In this document: piece by piece, positions 1 to 8,314 of the stretch
Layout of the letters: every line of letters begins with the position of its first letter
Position numbering within the stretch: the first letter of the stretch is position 1
Origin: Gemmatimonadales bacterium
GTDB lineage: Bacteria; Gemmatimonadota; Gemmatimonadetes; Gemmatimonadales; GWC2-71-9
Length of the DNA stretch: 64,000 bases
Direction of reading: 5' to 3'
NCBI GenBank assembly: GCA_035287045.1
Contig: DATECF010000256.1
Location: 43,125-107,124 of the forward strand
The notes under the pieces: generated by a model
Database searches by the model: none
The model's input: only the letters and a program-made list of their open reading frames with translations
What the model was told of the DNA's origin: nothing
Program-made: the position numbers and the translations under genes

Positions 1-34
1 GGCAAGGGGCCGCGGTGATCGTGGAGGCGTTCCT

Positions 35-868
35 ATGACGGGACTCTTGATCGCGCTGGCGGCCGTACTGGCGTACACCTACGGCAGCCTGCACATCATG
101 AAGCAGTACGAGCGGGCCGTCAGCTTCTTCCTGGGCAGGTATTGGGGCACCAAAGGGCCGGGCCTGATTTTCGTCCCCGCGTTTTTCGCCAAGCTCCAGC
201 GCGTATCGCTCCGGATCATCGCCATGGACATCCCGCCGCAGGACGTCATCACCCGGGACAACGTGTCGGTCAAGGTGAACGCGGTACTGTACATGCGGGT
301 GAAGCACCCCGACCGGGCGGTCATCGAGGTCGAGAACTTCGTCTACGCCACCAGCCAGCTGGCCCAAACCACCTTGCGCAGCGTGCTGGGCGAGGTGGAG
401 CTGGATCAGCTGCTGGCGGACCGGGAGAAGATCAACGGCATCTTGAAGCGCATCGTGGACGAGCGCACCGAGCCGTGGGGCATCGAGGTGTCGGCGGTTG
501 AGGTCAAGGACGTGGACCTGCCCACCGAGATGAAACGGGCGATGGCGCGGCAGGCGGAGTCGGAGCGCGAACGGCGGGCCAAGGTGATCGCCGCCGAGGG
601 CGAGTTCCAGGCGGCCGGGAAGCTGGCGCAGGCGGCCCAGGTGATCGGGACCCAACCCGCGACGCTGCAGCTGCGGTACCTCCAGACGCTGGTGGAGATC
701 GCGACAGAGAACAACTCGCGCAGCATCATCATCCCCGTGCCGCTCGATCTGATCTCGCCCTTCCTCGAGATGGCGGTGCAGCGCCGAGACCAGACGGCCG
801 CGCTCCCGGCGTCCACCGGCACGCCGCTTCCCAGCCCCGTACCGGCGGGGTCGCGGCAAACGACCTAA
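35..868 (+). CDS. SPFH/band-7 (stomatin/QmcA-like) membrane protein
   Basis: 277-aa ORF with an N-terminal TM helix, then an SPFH core ([31 protein letters not shown]) and a coiled Ala/Glu-rich segment. GGAGG lies 7 nt upstream of the ATG. Confidence 0.9.
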   Translation: MTGLLIALAAVLAYTYGSLHIMKQYERAVSFFLGRYWGTKGPGLIFVPAFFAKLQRVSLRIIAMDIPPQDVITRDNVSVKVNAVLYMRVKHPDRAVIEVENFVYATSQLAQTTLRSVLGEVELDQLLADREKINGILKRIVDERTEPWGIEVSAVEVKDVDLPTEMKRAMARQAESERERRAKVIAAEGEFQAAGKLAQAAQVIGTQPATLQLRYLQTLVEIATENNSRSIIIPVPLDLISPFLEMAVQRRDQTAALPASTGTPLPSPVPAGSRQTT

Positions 869-875
869 GGCCCGG

Positions 876-1706
876 ATGGCGGAAACGCTGCCGTCCGGCC
901 CCCGCATCGACCGCGGCGCTCTGGAACGGATTGTCAAGCGCGCGGCGGAGCTTCAGGCTGGCGAGCGGGACATCGGCGAGGGACTGACCGAGCAGGAGTT
1001 GTACGCGCTGGGCCAGGACGTGGGGATCGGCGACCGATACCTCCGTCAGGCGCTGCTGGAAGAGCAGACCCGGGCCGTCACCGAGACCGAGCGGGGACTC
1101 CTGATCTGGCTCGCGGGGCCACGGCGGGTGGCGGCCGCCCGGACCATCCCCCGCCCCCGGCCGGACGTCGAGCCCATGATGCACGATTGGATGACGGAAG
1201 GAGAACTGCTCCAGGTGAAGCGGCGGTATCCGGAGCAGACCACCTGGGAGCCGCAGCAGGGCGCCTACGCGTCGCTCAAGCGCGCGTTTGGCTCCCGAGG
1301 CCGGCGCTACGTGCTGGGCCGGGCGCGGGAGGTGGCGGGAGCGGTGACCGCGGTGGACGCGCGGACCTGTCACGTCCAGTTGGTGGCCGATGTCGGTAAC
1401 GCCTTCAACGAGCAGGTGACCGGGGCAGCCGTCCTCGGCGCGTCCGGCGCGGTAGGCACCGGCGTCGCTCTGGCCGTGGGCGTCATGGTGCCGGTGGCGA
1501 TCATCCCGGTGGCGATCTGCGGCGCCCTGGCGGTGGGCGTGGCGCGCCGGCAGCGCCAGCGGGCCGCCGAGGCCTCGGTGGCGCTGGAACAGGTGCTGGA
1601 CCGGCTGGAGCACGGCGAGCTGGACCCGCGCCGCGCGGCCGGACCGGCGGGGACCAGTCCCCTGGTGCGCGTGGCGGAAGAGATTCGCCGCGCCTTCAAT
1701 CCATGA
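876..1706 (+). CDS. hypothetical protein with C-terminal TM segments, co-transcribed with the SPFH gene
   Basis: 276-aa ORF starting 8 nt after the SPFH stop. It has a hydrophobic Gly/Ala/Val-rich stretch (GAAVLGASGAVGTGVALAVGVMVPVAIIPVAICGALAVGVA). I recognise no family. Confidence 0.55.
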   Translation: MAETLPSGPRIDRGALERIVKRAAELQAGERDIGEGLTEQELYALGQDVGIGDRYLRQALLEEQTRAVTETERGLLIWLAGPRRVAAARTIPRPRPDVEPMMHDWMTEGELLQVKRRYPEQTTWEPQQGAYASLKRAFGSRGRRYVLGRAREVAGAVTAVDARTCHVQLVADVGNAFNEQVTGAAVLGASGAVGTGVALAVGVMVPVAIIPVAICGALAVGVARRQRQRAAEASVALEQVLDRLEHGELDPRRAAGPAGTSPLVRVAEEIRRAFNP

Positions 1707-1747
1707 TGCGCCGTGGGCGCGCGAACCTTTACACCTCTTAGACTACG

Positions 1748-2635
1748 ATGGCCGACATCAAGACCGTAGGCGTGCTGGGATGCGGACTGATGGGCAGCGG
1801 CATCGCCCAGGTCGCGGCGCAGGCTGGGTATCGCACGATCGTCCGCGAGATATCCGACGCCCTGAATGACAGGGGCAAGGCCGGCATCACCAAGTCGCTG
1901 GACAAGTTCGTGGAGAAGGGCAAGCTGCCTCAGGCCGACCGGGACGCGACCCTGGGCCGCCTCTCGTTCACCACCAAGGTGAGCGACCTCGCGTCCTGCG
2001 ACATCGTGATCGAGGCCGTCACGGAAGACCTCGAGACCAAGAACGCCCTGTGGAAGGAGCTGGACGGCCGGTGCGGGGCCGAGACCATCTTCGCCTCCAA
2101 CACCTCCAGCCTGACCATCGCGGCGATGGCGGCCGCCACCATGCGGCCGGACCGGTTCGTGGGGCTCCATTTCTTCAATCCGGTGCCGCTCATGAAGCTG
2201 GTGGAGGTGGTGCGGACCGTGACCACCAGCACCGGGACGTTCGACCGGGCGTTTACGTTCGCCCGCTCGCTCGGCAAGGAGCCCATCGCGGCAAAGGACA
2301 ACTCCGGTTTCATCGTCAACCTGCTGCTGGTGCCCTACCTGCTGGACGCGATTCGGGCGCTGGAGCACGGCGTGGGAAGCGTGCCGGACCTGGACCAGGG
2401 CATGGTCCTGGGCTGTGGGTATCCAATGGGCCCGTTCACGCTGCTGGACTTCGTGGGACTGGACACCACGTACAAGATCGCCGAGATCATGTTCACGGAG
2501 TATCGTGAGGCCCGATATGCGCCCCCGCCGTTGCTCAAGCGCATGGTGCTGGCGGGGATGTACGGTAAGAAGTCCGGCAAGGGGTTTTATGACTATTCCA
2601 CCACTCCACCCTCTGTGACCCAACTGGGACTCTGA
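1748..2635 (+). CDS. hbd: 3-hydroxybutyryl-CoA / 3-hydroxyacyl-CoA dehydrogenase
   Basis: N-terminal Rossmann motif VGVLGCGLMGSGIA, HFFNPVPLMKLVEV, and the typical C-terminal GKKSGKGFYDY. Confidence 0.9.
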   Translation: MADIKTVGVLGCGLMGSGIAQVAAQAGYRTIVREISDALNDRGKAGITKSLDKFVEKGKLPQADRDATLGRLSFTTKVSDLASCDIVIEAVTEDLETKNALWKELDGRCGAETIFASNTSSLTIAAMAAATMRPDRFVGLHFFNPVPLMKLVEVVRTVTTSTGTFDRAFTFARSLGKEPIAAKDNSGFIVNLLLVPYLLDAIRALEHGVGSVPDLDQGMVLGCGYPMGPFTLLDFVGLDTTYKIAEIMFTEYREARYAPPPLLKRMVLAGMYGKKSGKGFYDYSTTPPSVTQLGL

Positions 2636-2636
2636 C

Positions 2637-3227
2637 ATGCTCTTTGACACCGCAGCGGAATGGCACGCGGCGATCAACGATCTGCCGCCGGCGTTGTTGC
2701 TGGTCTCAGTGATCTTCGACTGGGTGGGGAGCGCCACCAAGCGGGATTCCCTCAAGGCCGCGGGGTTCTGGACGCTGGTGGCCGGCGCGGCCGGCGCGGT
2801 GCTCTCCGTAGCGTCCGGCCTCCGAGCGGAAGGGACCATCGAGCACGGCGAGACCGTGCACCTCGTCATGGAGCGGCACGAGACGTTCGCCATCGCCGTA
2901 ACGGTGGCGTTCGCCCTGCTGGCGGGATGGCGCATCTGGCGGAAAGGCGTACTGGGGCCGCAGGAGCGTCCGACGTACTTGTTCGCGGCCACGGTGGGGG
3001 CGGCCGGCATCATCTACGTGGCGCACCTCGGTGGTACCATCGTGTTCCAGCACGCAGGCGGTATTCCCACGCCGGCCCTCCAGGAAGCGCTCGCCGAGCG
3101 CACCCAGGAGCACGAGCATGCGCCGGGCGAAGAGCATGGGGAGACGGCACCGGCGGACACGGCGGCCGCCAAGGCCGATACGGGGCACGCCCATGCACCT
3201 GGAACACCGCCCCATGAGCACGACTAA
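2637..3227 (+). CDS. DUF2231-like integral membrane protein with His/Glu-rich tail
   Basis: 196-aa ORF starting 2 nt after the hbd stop, with four predicted TM helices. The layout resembles DUF2231. The tail is HEHAPGEEHGE...HAHAPGTPPHEHD. Confidence 0.65.
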   Translation: MLFDTAAEWHAAINDLPPALLLVSVIFDWVGSATKRDSLKAAGFWTLVAGAAGAVLSVASGLRAEGTIEHGETVHLVMERHETFAIAVTVAFALLAGWRIWRKGVLGPQERPTYLFAATVGAAGIIYVAHLGGTIVFQHAGGIPTPALQEALAERTQEHEHAPGEEHGETAPADTAAAKADTGHAHAPGTPPHEHD

Positions 3228-3696
3228 TGCGGGCACGGTGCGGCTGGCGCAGGCCTTGGCCGCCGTGGGGGTCGCCTGTACCGCTGTGGGTACCCGGCCG
3301 CATTTTGGGCCTATGCCGGGAGCGGTGGTGGACACGCTGGGTGCCGGCCCGGGAACGGTGATCGGCGCGCTGGCGTCGGAGCTGGAGACGCTCGGACTCC
3401 GGGTCCGGGCGGTGAGCCAGGCCGAGGGGTATCTGGAGACGTCCTGGTTCGACCCAACGACCGGGCGGTCCGTGGGCCAGGAGCACCGGCGCACGGGGCA
3501 GGTCTATCGGATGCGGGCCTACGCCGACTCGGTGCCGCCGACGCGAAGCGAGCTCACGCTGGAGACGGTCTTCCGCCGCTGGGCCGATCCCTCGTCCACG
3601 GGGCGGGAAGACGAAACCATCACCCCGCCGGGACACCCGGGCGACTCGCTGACGCAGCGGGTGCTGGAGAACCTCAAGGAGCGGTTTCCGAAATGA
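3214..3696 (+). CDS. hypothetical protein
   Basis: In-frame ATG at 3214 inside the 3031..3696 ORF. The upstream part of that ORF is an out-of-frame overlap of the previous gene. No recognisable family. Confidence 0.45.
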   Translation: MSTTNAGTVRLAQALAAVGVACTAVGTRPHFGPMPGAVVDTLGAGPGTVIGALASELETLGLRVRAVSQAEGYLETSWFDPTTGRSVGQEHRRTGQVYRMRAYADSVPPTRSELTLETVFRRWADPSSTGREDETITPPGHPGDSLTQRVLENLKERFPK

Positions 3697-3703
3697 GTCG
3701 TGG

Positions 3704-4777
3704 ATGGACGGGGATGGAGGGGGACGGCGGACGATGGGACCGGTGACCACGGTACCGGTTTCGCCCGAGGCCGACCGGGCCTACTGCCACGGGATACTCC
3801 CCAAGGTCTCGCGAACCTTTGCCTTGTGCATCCCGCTCCTCCCGTCGGGCCTCGACTACGCCACGCTGGTTGCCTATCTGGTCTGCCGGGTGGCCGACAC
3901 CATTGAAGACGCCGTTGCTCTGGCTCCGGACACCAAGGCATCGCTGTTGAGCGCCTGGGCGCGGGCGCTGGAGGAGGGCAACCCGGACGAGAGCCTCCTC
4001 GGCACCGCCTTCCCCACCCCCGCCGGCGACGACGAACGGTTGGTGAACGATGCCGACGTGGTACTGCGCGAGTTCCGGCGGCTGCCGCCGTCCCACCGGG
4101 ACGCGGTGCGACCCTGGGTCCGCGAGATGTGCGCCGGGATGGCCGAATTCGTGCGACGGCCGCCCGGCGGCATCGGGACCGTGGAGGACCTGGATCGCTA
4201 TACCTATTATGTCGCCGGCACCGTGGGCCATCTCCTGACCCGGTTGTTCCGGCTGCACGACCCCAGGCCGGCGGCGGGGCGGTATGAGCGGCTGGAGGCG
4301 CTGGCCACCAGCTTCGGGCGGGGACTGCAGCTCACCAACATCATCAAGGACGTGGCCGACGATCGCCGGCGTGGCTTCAGCTTCATTCCGCGCCAGTTGT
4401 GCCTGCTTGCCGGCATCCGCCCGGAAGATCTCCAGGACGAGCGGCACCGCGGCGAGGCGCGGCGCGTGGTCCTGACCCTGATCGAGAAGGCCAAACGCCA
4501 TCTGACCGACGCCCTGGCCTACAGCACGACGCTGCCCCGAAGGCGCTACGGTGTGAGGCTGTTCTGCCTCACGTCGCTGTTCTTCGCGGTCCGCACGCTC
4601 CGGCTGGCGGAGCGCGACGCCCACCTGCTCGATCCGGCGCACAAGGTCAAGATCAGCCGCGCCGATGTCTATCGGACGCTGGCGGCCACCCGGCTCGTCG
4701 CGCCCAGCAACCATATGGTGCGCGCCTATTTTCGGCTGCTGGCCGGTGCCGGTTGGCCGGCGGCGGCGACGGCGTGA
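3704..4777 (+). CDS. squalene synthase-like (squalene/phytoene synthase family, farnesyl-diphosphate farnesyltransferase type)
   Basis: SRTFALCIPLLP, YLVCRVADTIEDA (first Asp-rich motif) and QLTNIIKDVADD (second). The start is ambiguous: ATG 3704, or ATG 3734 preceded by GGAGGGGGA. Confidence 0.8.
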   Translation: MDGDGGGRRTMGPVTTVPVSPEADRAYCHGILPKVSRTFALCIPLLPSGLDYATLVAYLVCRVADTIEDAVALAPDTKASLLSAWARALEEGNPDESLLGTAFPTPAGDDERLVNDADVVLREFRRLPPSHRDAVRPWVREMCAGMAEFVRRPPGGIGTVEDLDRYTYYVAGTVGHLLTRLFRLHDPRPAAGRYERLEALATSFGRGLQLTNIIKDVADDRRRGFSFIPRQLCLLAGIRPEDLQDERHRGEARRVVLTLIEKAKRHLTDALAYSTTLPRRRYGVRLFCLTSLFFAVRTLRLAERDAHLLDPAHKVKISRADVYRTLAATRLVAPSNHMVRAYFRLLAGAGWPAAATA

Positions 4778-4790
4778 CGCTACCCGGCGT

Positions 4791-4883
4791 GCTCCCCATC
4801 CCCCTCCATCCCCTTCCATCCCCTTCCATCCCCCAGGGGGATGAAGGGCGATGGAGGACGATGGAGGAGGATGGACGGCGATG
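4791..4883. repeat. 10-bp periodic imperfect palindrome: (CCATCCCCNT)x4 / (GATGGNNNNN)x5
   Basis: CCATC occurs at 4796, 4806, 4816 and 4826. The centre is CCCCCAGGGGG at about 4835. GATG occurs at 4840, 4850, 4860, 4870 and 4880. The arms pair over about 45 positions with a few mismatches. The last GATG holds the thyA ATG. Confidence 0.85.
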
Positions 4884-5675
4884 AAGCAGTACCTCGACCT
4901 CCTCCGCCACATCCTCGACCACGGGCGGCCCAAAGACGATCGCACGGGAACCGGCACGCTCAGTGTGTTCGGTCACCAGACGCGTTACGACCTGGGGAAC
5001 GGATTCCCCCTGCTCACCACCAAGAAGCTGCACTTCAAGTCCATCGCGTACGAGCTGCTTTGGTTCCTCCGGGGTGACACCAACGTCCGTTTCTTGAGGG
5101 AGCACGGCGTCACCATCTGGGACGAATGGGCGGACGAGCAGGGCGAGCTCGGGCCCGTCTACGGATACCAGTGGCGGTCCTGGCCCGCGCCGGACGGGCG
5201 CCACATCGACCAGATCGCCGCCGTGGTGGAGCAGATCCGCCAGAGCCCCAACTCCCGGCGCCTCATGGTCAGCGCGTGGAACGTGGCGGACATCCCCCGC
5301 ATGGCCCTGGCGCCCTGCCACGTGCTGTTCCAGTTCTACGTGGTGGCCGGCCGGTTATCGTGCCAGATGTACCAGCGGAGTGCGGACGTCTTCCTGGGCG
5401 TCCCGTTCAACATCGCGTCGTACGCATTGCTCACCCGGATGGTGGCGCAGGTGACCGGCCTAGCGCCCGGCGAGTTGGTGCACACGCTGGGCGATGCGCA
5501 TCTCTACGTGAACCACGTGGAGCAGGCCCGGCTGCAGCTCACCCGCGAGCCTCGGCCCCTGCCCACACTGCGGCTCAACCCCGACATCCCCGACCTGCCG
5601 GCGTTCCAGTTCGAGGACCTGGTGCTGGAGGGCTACCAGCCGCACCCGCACATTCCGGCGAAGGTGGCCGTCTGA
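4881..5675 (+). CDS. thyA: thymidylate synthase
   Basis: [24 protein letters not shown], the catalytic LAPCH, and the C-terminal IPAKVAV. The conserved N-terminus begins at ATG 4881 rather than the ORF-track 4851. Confidence 0.95.
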   Translation: MKQYLDLLRHILDHGRPKDDRTGTGTLSVFGHQTRYDLGNGFPLLTTKKLHFKSIAYELLWFLRGDTNVRFLREHGVTIWDEWADEQGELGPVYGYQWRSWPAPDGRHIDQIAAVVEQIRQSPNSRRLMVSAWNVADIPRMALAPCHVLFQFYVVAGRLSCQMYQRSADVFLGVPFNIASYALLTRMVAQVTGLAPGELVHTLGDAHLYVNHVEQARLQLTREPRPLPTLRLNPDIPDLPAFQFEDLVLEGYQPHPHIPAKVAV

Positions 5676-6169
5676 TCCTGTCGCTCATCGCCGCGATGGC
5701 CCAGAACCGGGTCATCGGGCGGGACAACGCACTCCCCTGGCACCTCCCCGCCGATCTCAAGCGATTCAAGGCGCTCACCATGGGGCACTCGGTGATCCTG
5801 GGGCGGAGGACCTTTGACGCCATCGGGAAGGCGCTGCCGGGCCGCCGGTGGATCGTCCTCACGCGCGAACGTGATTGGCGTCACAAAGGGGTGGAGGTCG
5901 CGCACGACCTGGACCAGGCGGTCCGCACGGTGGCGCATGAGGCCGAGGTGTTCGTGGCTGGTGGCGCCGAGGTGTACGCCCAGGCGCTGGAGCGGGCCGA
6001 TCGCATCTATCTCACCGTGATTCACGCCCACATCGAAGGTGACGCGCGCTTTCCGGAGATGGTGCCGGCCGAATGGAGGCTGCTCGAGGACGAGCGGCAC
6101 CCGGCCGACGAGCGGCACGCGCATCCCTTCAGCTTCCGGCGATACGAGCGCACGTCCAAGAGTCGCTGA
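5672..6169 (+). CDS. folA: dihydrofolate reductase
   Basis: [36 protein letters not shown] aligns with the extreme N-terminus of DHFRs (E. coli MISLIAALAVDRVIG), which implies a start at CTG 5672 overlapping the thyA TGA. The first canonical start is ATG 5696. The 347-aa ORF-track model is an artefact. Confidence 0.85.
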   Translation: MILSLIAAMAQNRVIGRDNALPWHLPADLKRFKALTMGHSVILGRRTFDAIGKALPGRRWIVLTRERDWRHKGVEVAHDLDQAVRTVAHEAEVFVAGGAEVYAQALERADRIYLTVIHAHIEGDARFPEMVPAEWRLLEDERHPADERHAHPFSFRRYERTSKSR

Positions 6170-6175
6170 ACCCTA

Positions 6176-6204
6176 TTGCATATCTTCTCATCATTTCTTA
6201 TTCT
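6176..6204 (+). promoter_or_regulatory. candidate sigma-70-type promoter (TTGCAT-17 nt-TATTCT)
   Basis: It sits in the only AT-rich tract in this region (6170-6236). TTGCAT is at 6176-6181, followed by a 17-nt spacer and TATTCT at 6199-6204. GGAG lies 6 nt upstream of ATG 6237. Confidence 0.4.
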
Positions 6205-6236
6205 GTTGCAACGCGAAATACTTGATCCGGAGCGCG

Positions 6237-7316
6237 ATGCGCTTAGGGCTCGCATACAACCAACGACCAACCGCGATCAGTACGCGTCGCGACGCCGCTC
6301 TCTCCCCCCAAGCCCCCCTCACCACAGATCAATTCGTAGAATGGGACGAGCCTGAGACGATCGCCGCCGTCGCGGATGCGTTAGGCGTCTTGGGCGACGT
6401 CATGCCGCTCGAAGCGATCGGTGACTTTCCCCGTCGGCTGGCGGAGGCGCGCGTCGACCTGCTGTTCAACATGGCGGAAGGCGTCGCGGGGCCCAGCCGC
6501 GAGGCGCACGTGCCCGCGATCGCCGAATTCCTCGGCGTCCCCTACACGGCCAGCGACCCGCTGACCCTGGCCATCGCGCTCCATAAGGGCCGCACCAAAG
6601 AGCTGCTGCGGCAGCGCGGCGTGCCGACGCCGCCGTTCCTGCTGCTCGAGTCGTTCGGCGACCTGTCGCGGCTGGACGGCGTCGCGTATCCGCTGTTCCT
6701 CAAGCCGGCGTGGGAGGGCTCCTCCAAGGGGATCAGCGCCGCCAACCGGGTGGAGTCGCCGCGGGCCGCGAAGGCGCGCGCCGAGCATCTGCTGGCGTCG
6801 TATCACCAGCCGGTCCTGGCGGAAGCGTACCTGCCCGGTGAGGAATTCACGGTCGCGGTGCTGGGGAACCAGGACGATGCCCGGTGCCTGCCGCTCATTC
6901 GGTATCGCTTCGAGACGCTGCCTCAGGGCGCGCTGCCGATCATGGGCTTCGAAGCGAAATGGGTGTGGGACACGCCCGACGCCTCGCTGGAGGTGCTGGA
7001 ATGCCCGGCGGACATCGCCCCGGAGCCGGCCGAGCGGATCCAGGCCGTGGCACTCGCGGCCTATCGCGCCATCGGCTGCCGCGATTGGGGGCGGGTGGAC
7101 GTCCGGCTGGACGCCGAGGGCGTTCCTAACGTGCTGGAGATCAATCCGCTGCCGGGGATCATTCCGGACCCGGCGGCGAACAGCTGCTTCCCGCGCGCCG
7201 CGGGGGCGGCGGGGCTGTCATACGCCGAGCTGATCCAGACCGTGGTGCGGATCGCCTGGCGGCGCATCGCGGGACGGGAGCTGGCGGTATCCACCCTAGC
7301 CGGAGTCGCCGGCTGA
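6237..7316 (+). CDS. ATP-grasp ligase, D-alanine--D-alanine ligase-like (paralog 1)
   Basis: ATG 6237 is the first start after the folA stop. Motifs: LFNMAEG...REAHVPAIAEFLGVPYTAS, LHKGRTKELL, PLFLKPAWEGSSKGI, EEFTVAVLG, RVDVRLDAEGVPNVLEINPLPG. Confidence 0.85.
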   Translation: MRLGLAYNQRPTAISTRRDAALSPQAPLTTDQFVEWDEPETIAAVADALGVLGDVMPLEAIGDFPRRLAEARVDLLFNMAEGVAGPSREAHVPAIAEFLGVPYTASDPLTLAIALHKGRTKELLRQRGVPTPPFLLLESFGDLSRLDGVAYPLFLKPAWEGSSKGISAANRVESPRAAKARAEHLLASYHQPVLAEAYLPGEEFTVAVLGNQDDARCLPLIRYRFETLPQGALPIMGFEAKWVWDTPDASLEVLECPADIAPEPAERIQAVALAAYRAIGCRDWGRVDVRLDAEGVPNVLEINPLPGIIPDPAANSCFPRAAGAAGLSYAELIQTVVRIAWRRIAGRELAVSTLAGVAG

Positions 7317-8314
7317 GAGTCGCGATCCTGTACGACGGCGGCGCGAGCGACTGGAGCACGCAAGACATCCAGTCGGTGCTCGATCCGGTCAACCAGATCG
7401 GCGACCTCCTGTCATCGTTGGGCCATCGTGTGGTCCGCGTCCCGATGCACCACAACCTCAAGTGGTTGGATCACGTGCGCCGGTCCGACCTGGTGGTCAA
7501 CCTCTGTGAGGGGATCGGCGGCGTGAGCCGCTGGGAGTGCATGGTGGCGGGGACGCTGGAGCTCACCGGTGTCCCGTTCACCGGCGCCGGATGCTGGACC
7601 ATCACCACCTGCCACAACAAGTCCGTGGTCAACGCCCTGCTCCAGGCGGCCGGCCTGCCGGTCCCCCGGTGGCTGGTGCCGGTCGCCGGCAAAGTGCCGA
7701 GCGATTTCCCCCTGCCCGCCATCGTCAAGCCGGCGGCGGAGGACGCCAGCGTGGGTATCGACCAGGCCTCGGTGGTGACCAACCACCGGCAGCTCAAGCG
7801 GCGGGTGGCGTACGTCGAAAAGGAATACGGCTCCGCGCTGGTGCAGCAGTACATCGGCGGCCGGGAGTTCGCGGTGGGGATCGTGGGAAGCACCATCCTC
7901 CCGCTCTCGGAGATCGACTTCCGCGGCATGCCCGAGGGCACGTGGCCCATTCTGTCGTTCGACGCCAAGTGGACCAGCGGGTGTCCGGAGGACGTTGGGA
8001 GCCAGCCGGTGTGCCCGGCGCGGGTGGAGTCGTGGTTGGCCCGGCGGCTGCGGGCCGTGGCGCTGTCGGCGTGGCGGGCGGTGCGGGGGCAGGGCTACGG
8101 GCGGGTGGACCTCCGCGTGGACGCGTCCGGACAGCCGTGGATTCTCGAGGTGAACCCGAATCCGGACATCTCCGACGACGCCGGCCTGTCGCGCATGGCG
8201 CAGGCCGCCGGCTGGTCGTACGACGACCTGATCCTGCGCATGGTGGAGCTGGCCCGGTCCACGGATCGCCGGCCCCCGGCCGAGGCGCCGCCGCTGGAGG
8301 TCCGCACCGCGTGA
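7313..8314 (+). CDS. ATP-grasp ligase, D-alanine--D-alanine ligase-like (paralog 2)
   Basis: Motifs: VNLCEG, GVPFTG, CHNKSVVNALL, AIVKPAAEDASVGI, REFAVGIVG, RVDLRVDASGQPWILEVNPNPD. The family-typical N-terminal VAILYDGG is encoded at 7319-7342, upstream of the first canonical start (GTG 7376). This implies CTG 7313 overlapping the upstream TGA. Confidence 0.8.
   Translation: MRVAILYDGGASDWSTQDIQSVLDPVNQIGDLLSSLGHRVVRVPMHHNLKWLDHVRRSDLVVNLCEGIGGVSRWECMVAGTLELTGVPFTGAGCWTITTCHNKSVVNALLQAAGLPVPRWLVPVAGKVPSDFPLPAIVKPAAEDASVGIDQASVVTNHRQLKRRVAYVEKEYGSALVQQYIGGREFAVGIVGSTILPLSEIDFRGMPEGTWPILSFDAKWTSGCPEDVGSQPVCPARVESWLARRLRAVALSAWRAVRGQGYGRVDLRVDASGQPWILEVNPNPDISDDAGLSRMAQAAGWSYDDLILRMVELARSTDRRPPAEAPPLEVRTA

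Noticed and set aside
4791-4883. Short-period repeats (also at 10018, 15835, 42026, 59402) as CRISPR arrays or a minisatellite of mobile origin
   Set aside because: The units are 7-10 nt with no spacers of unique sequence, there are at most 3-5 copies, and no cas or transposase genes are nearby.
5126-6169. 347-aa ORF suggesting a long N-terminally extended DHFR
   Set aside because: The first ~180 codons are an out-of-frame overlap of thyA with a nonsense-like composition. DHFR homology begins only at about 5672.
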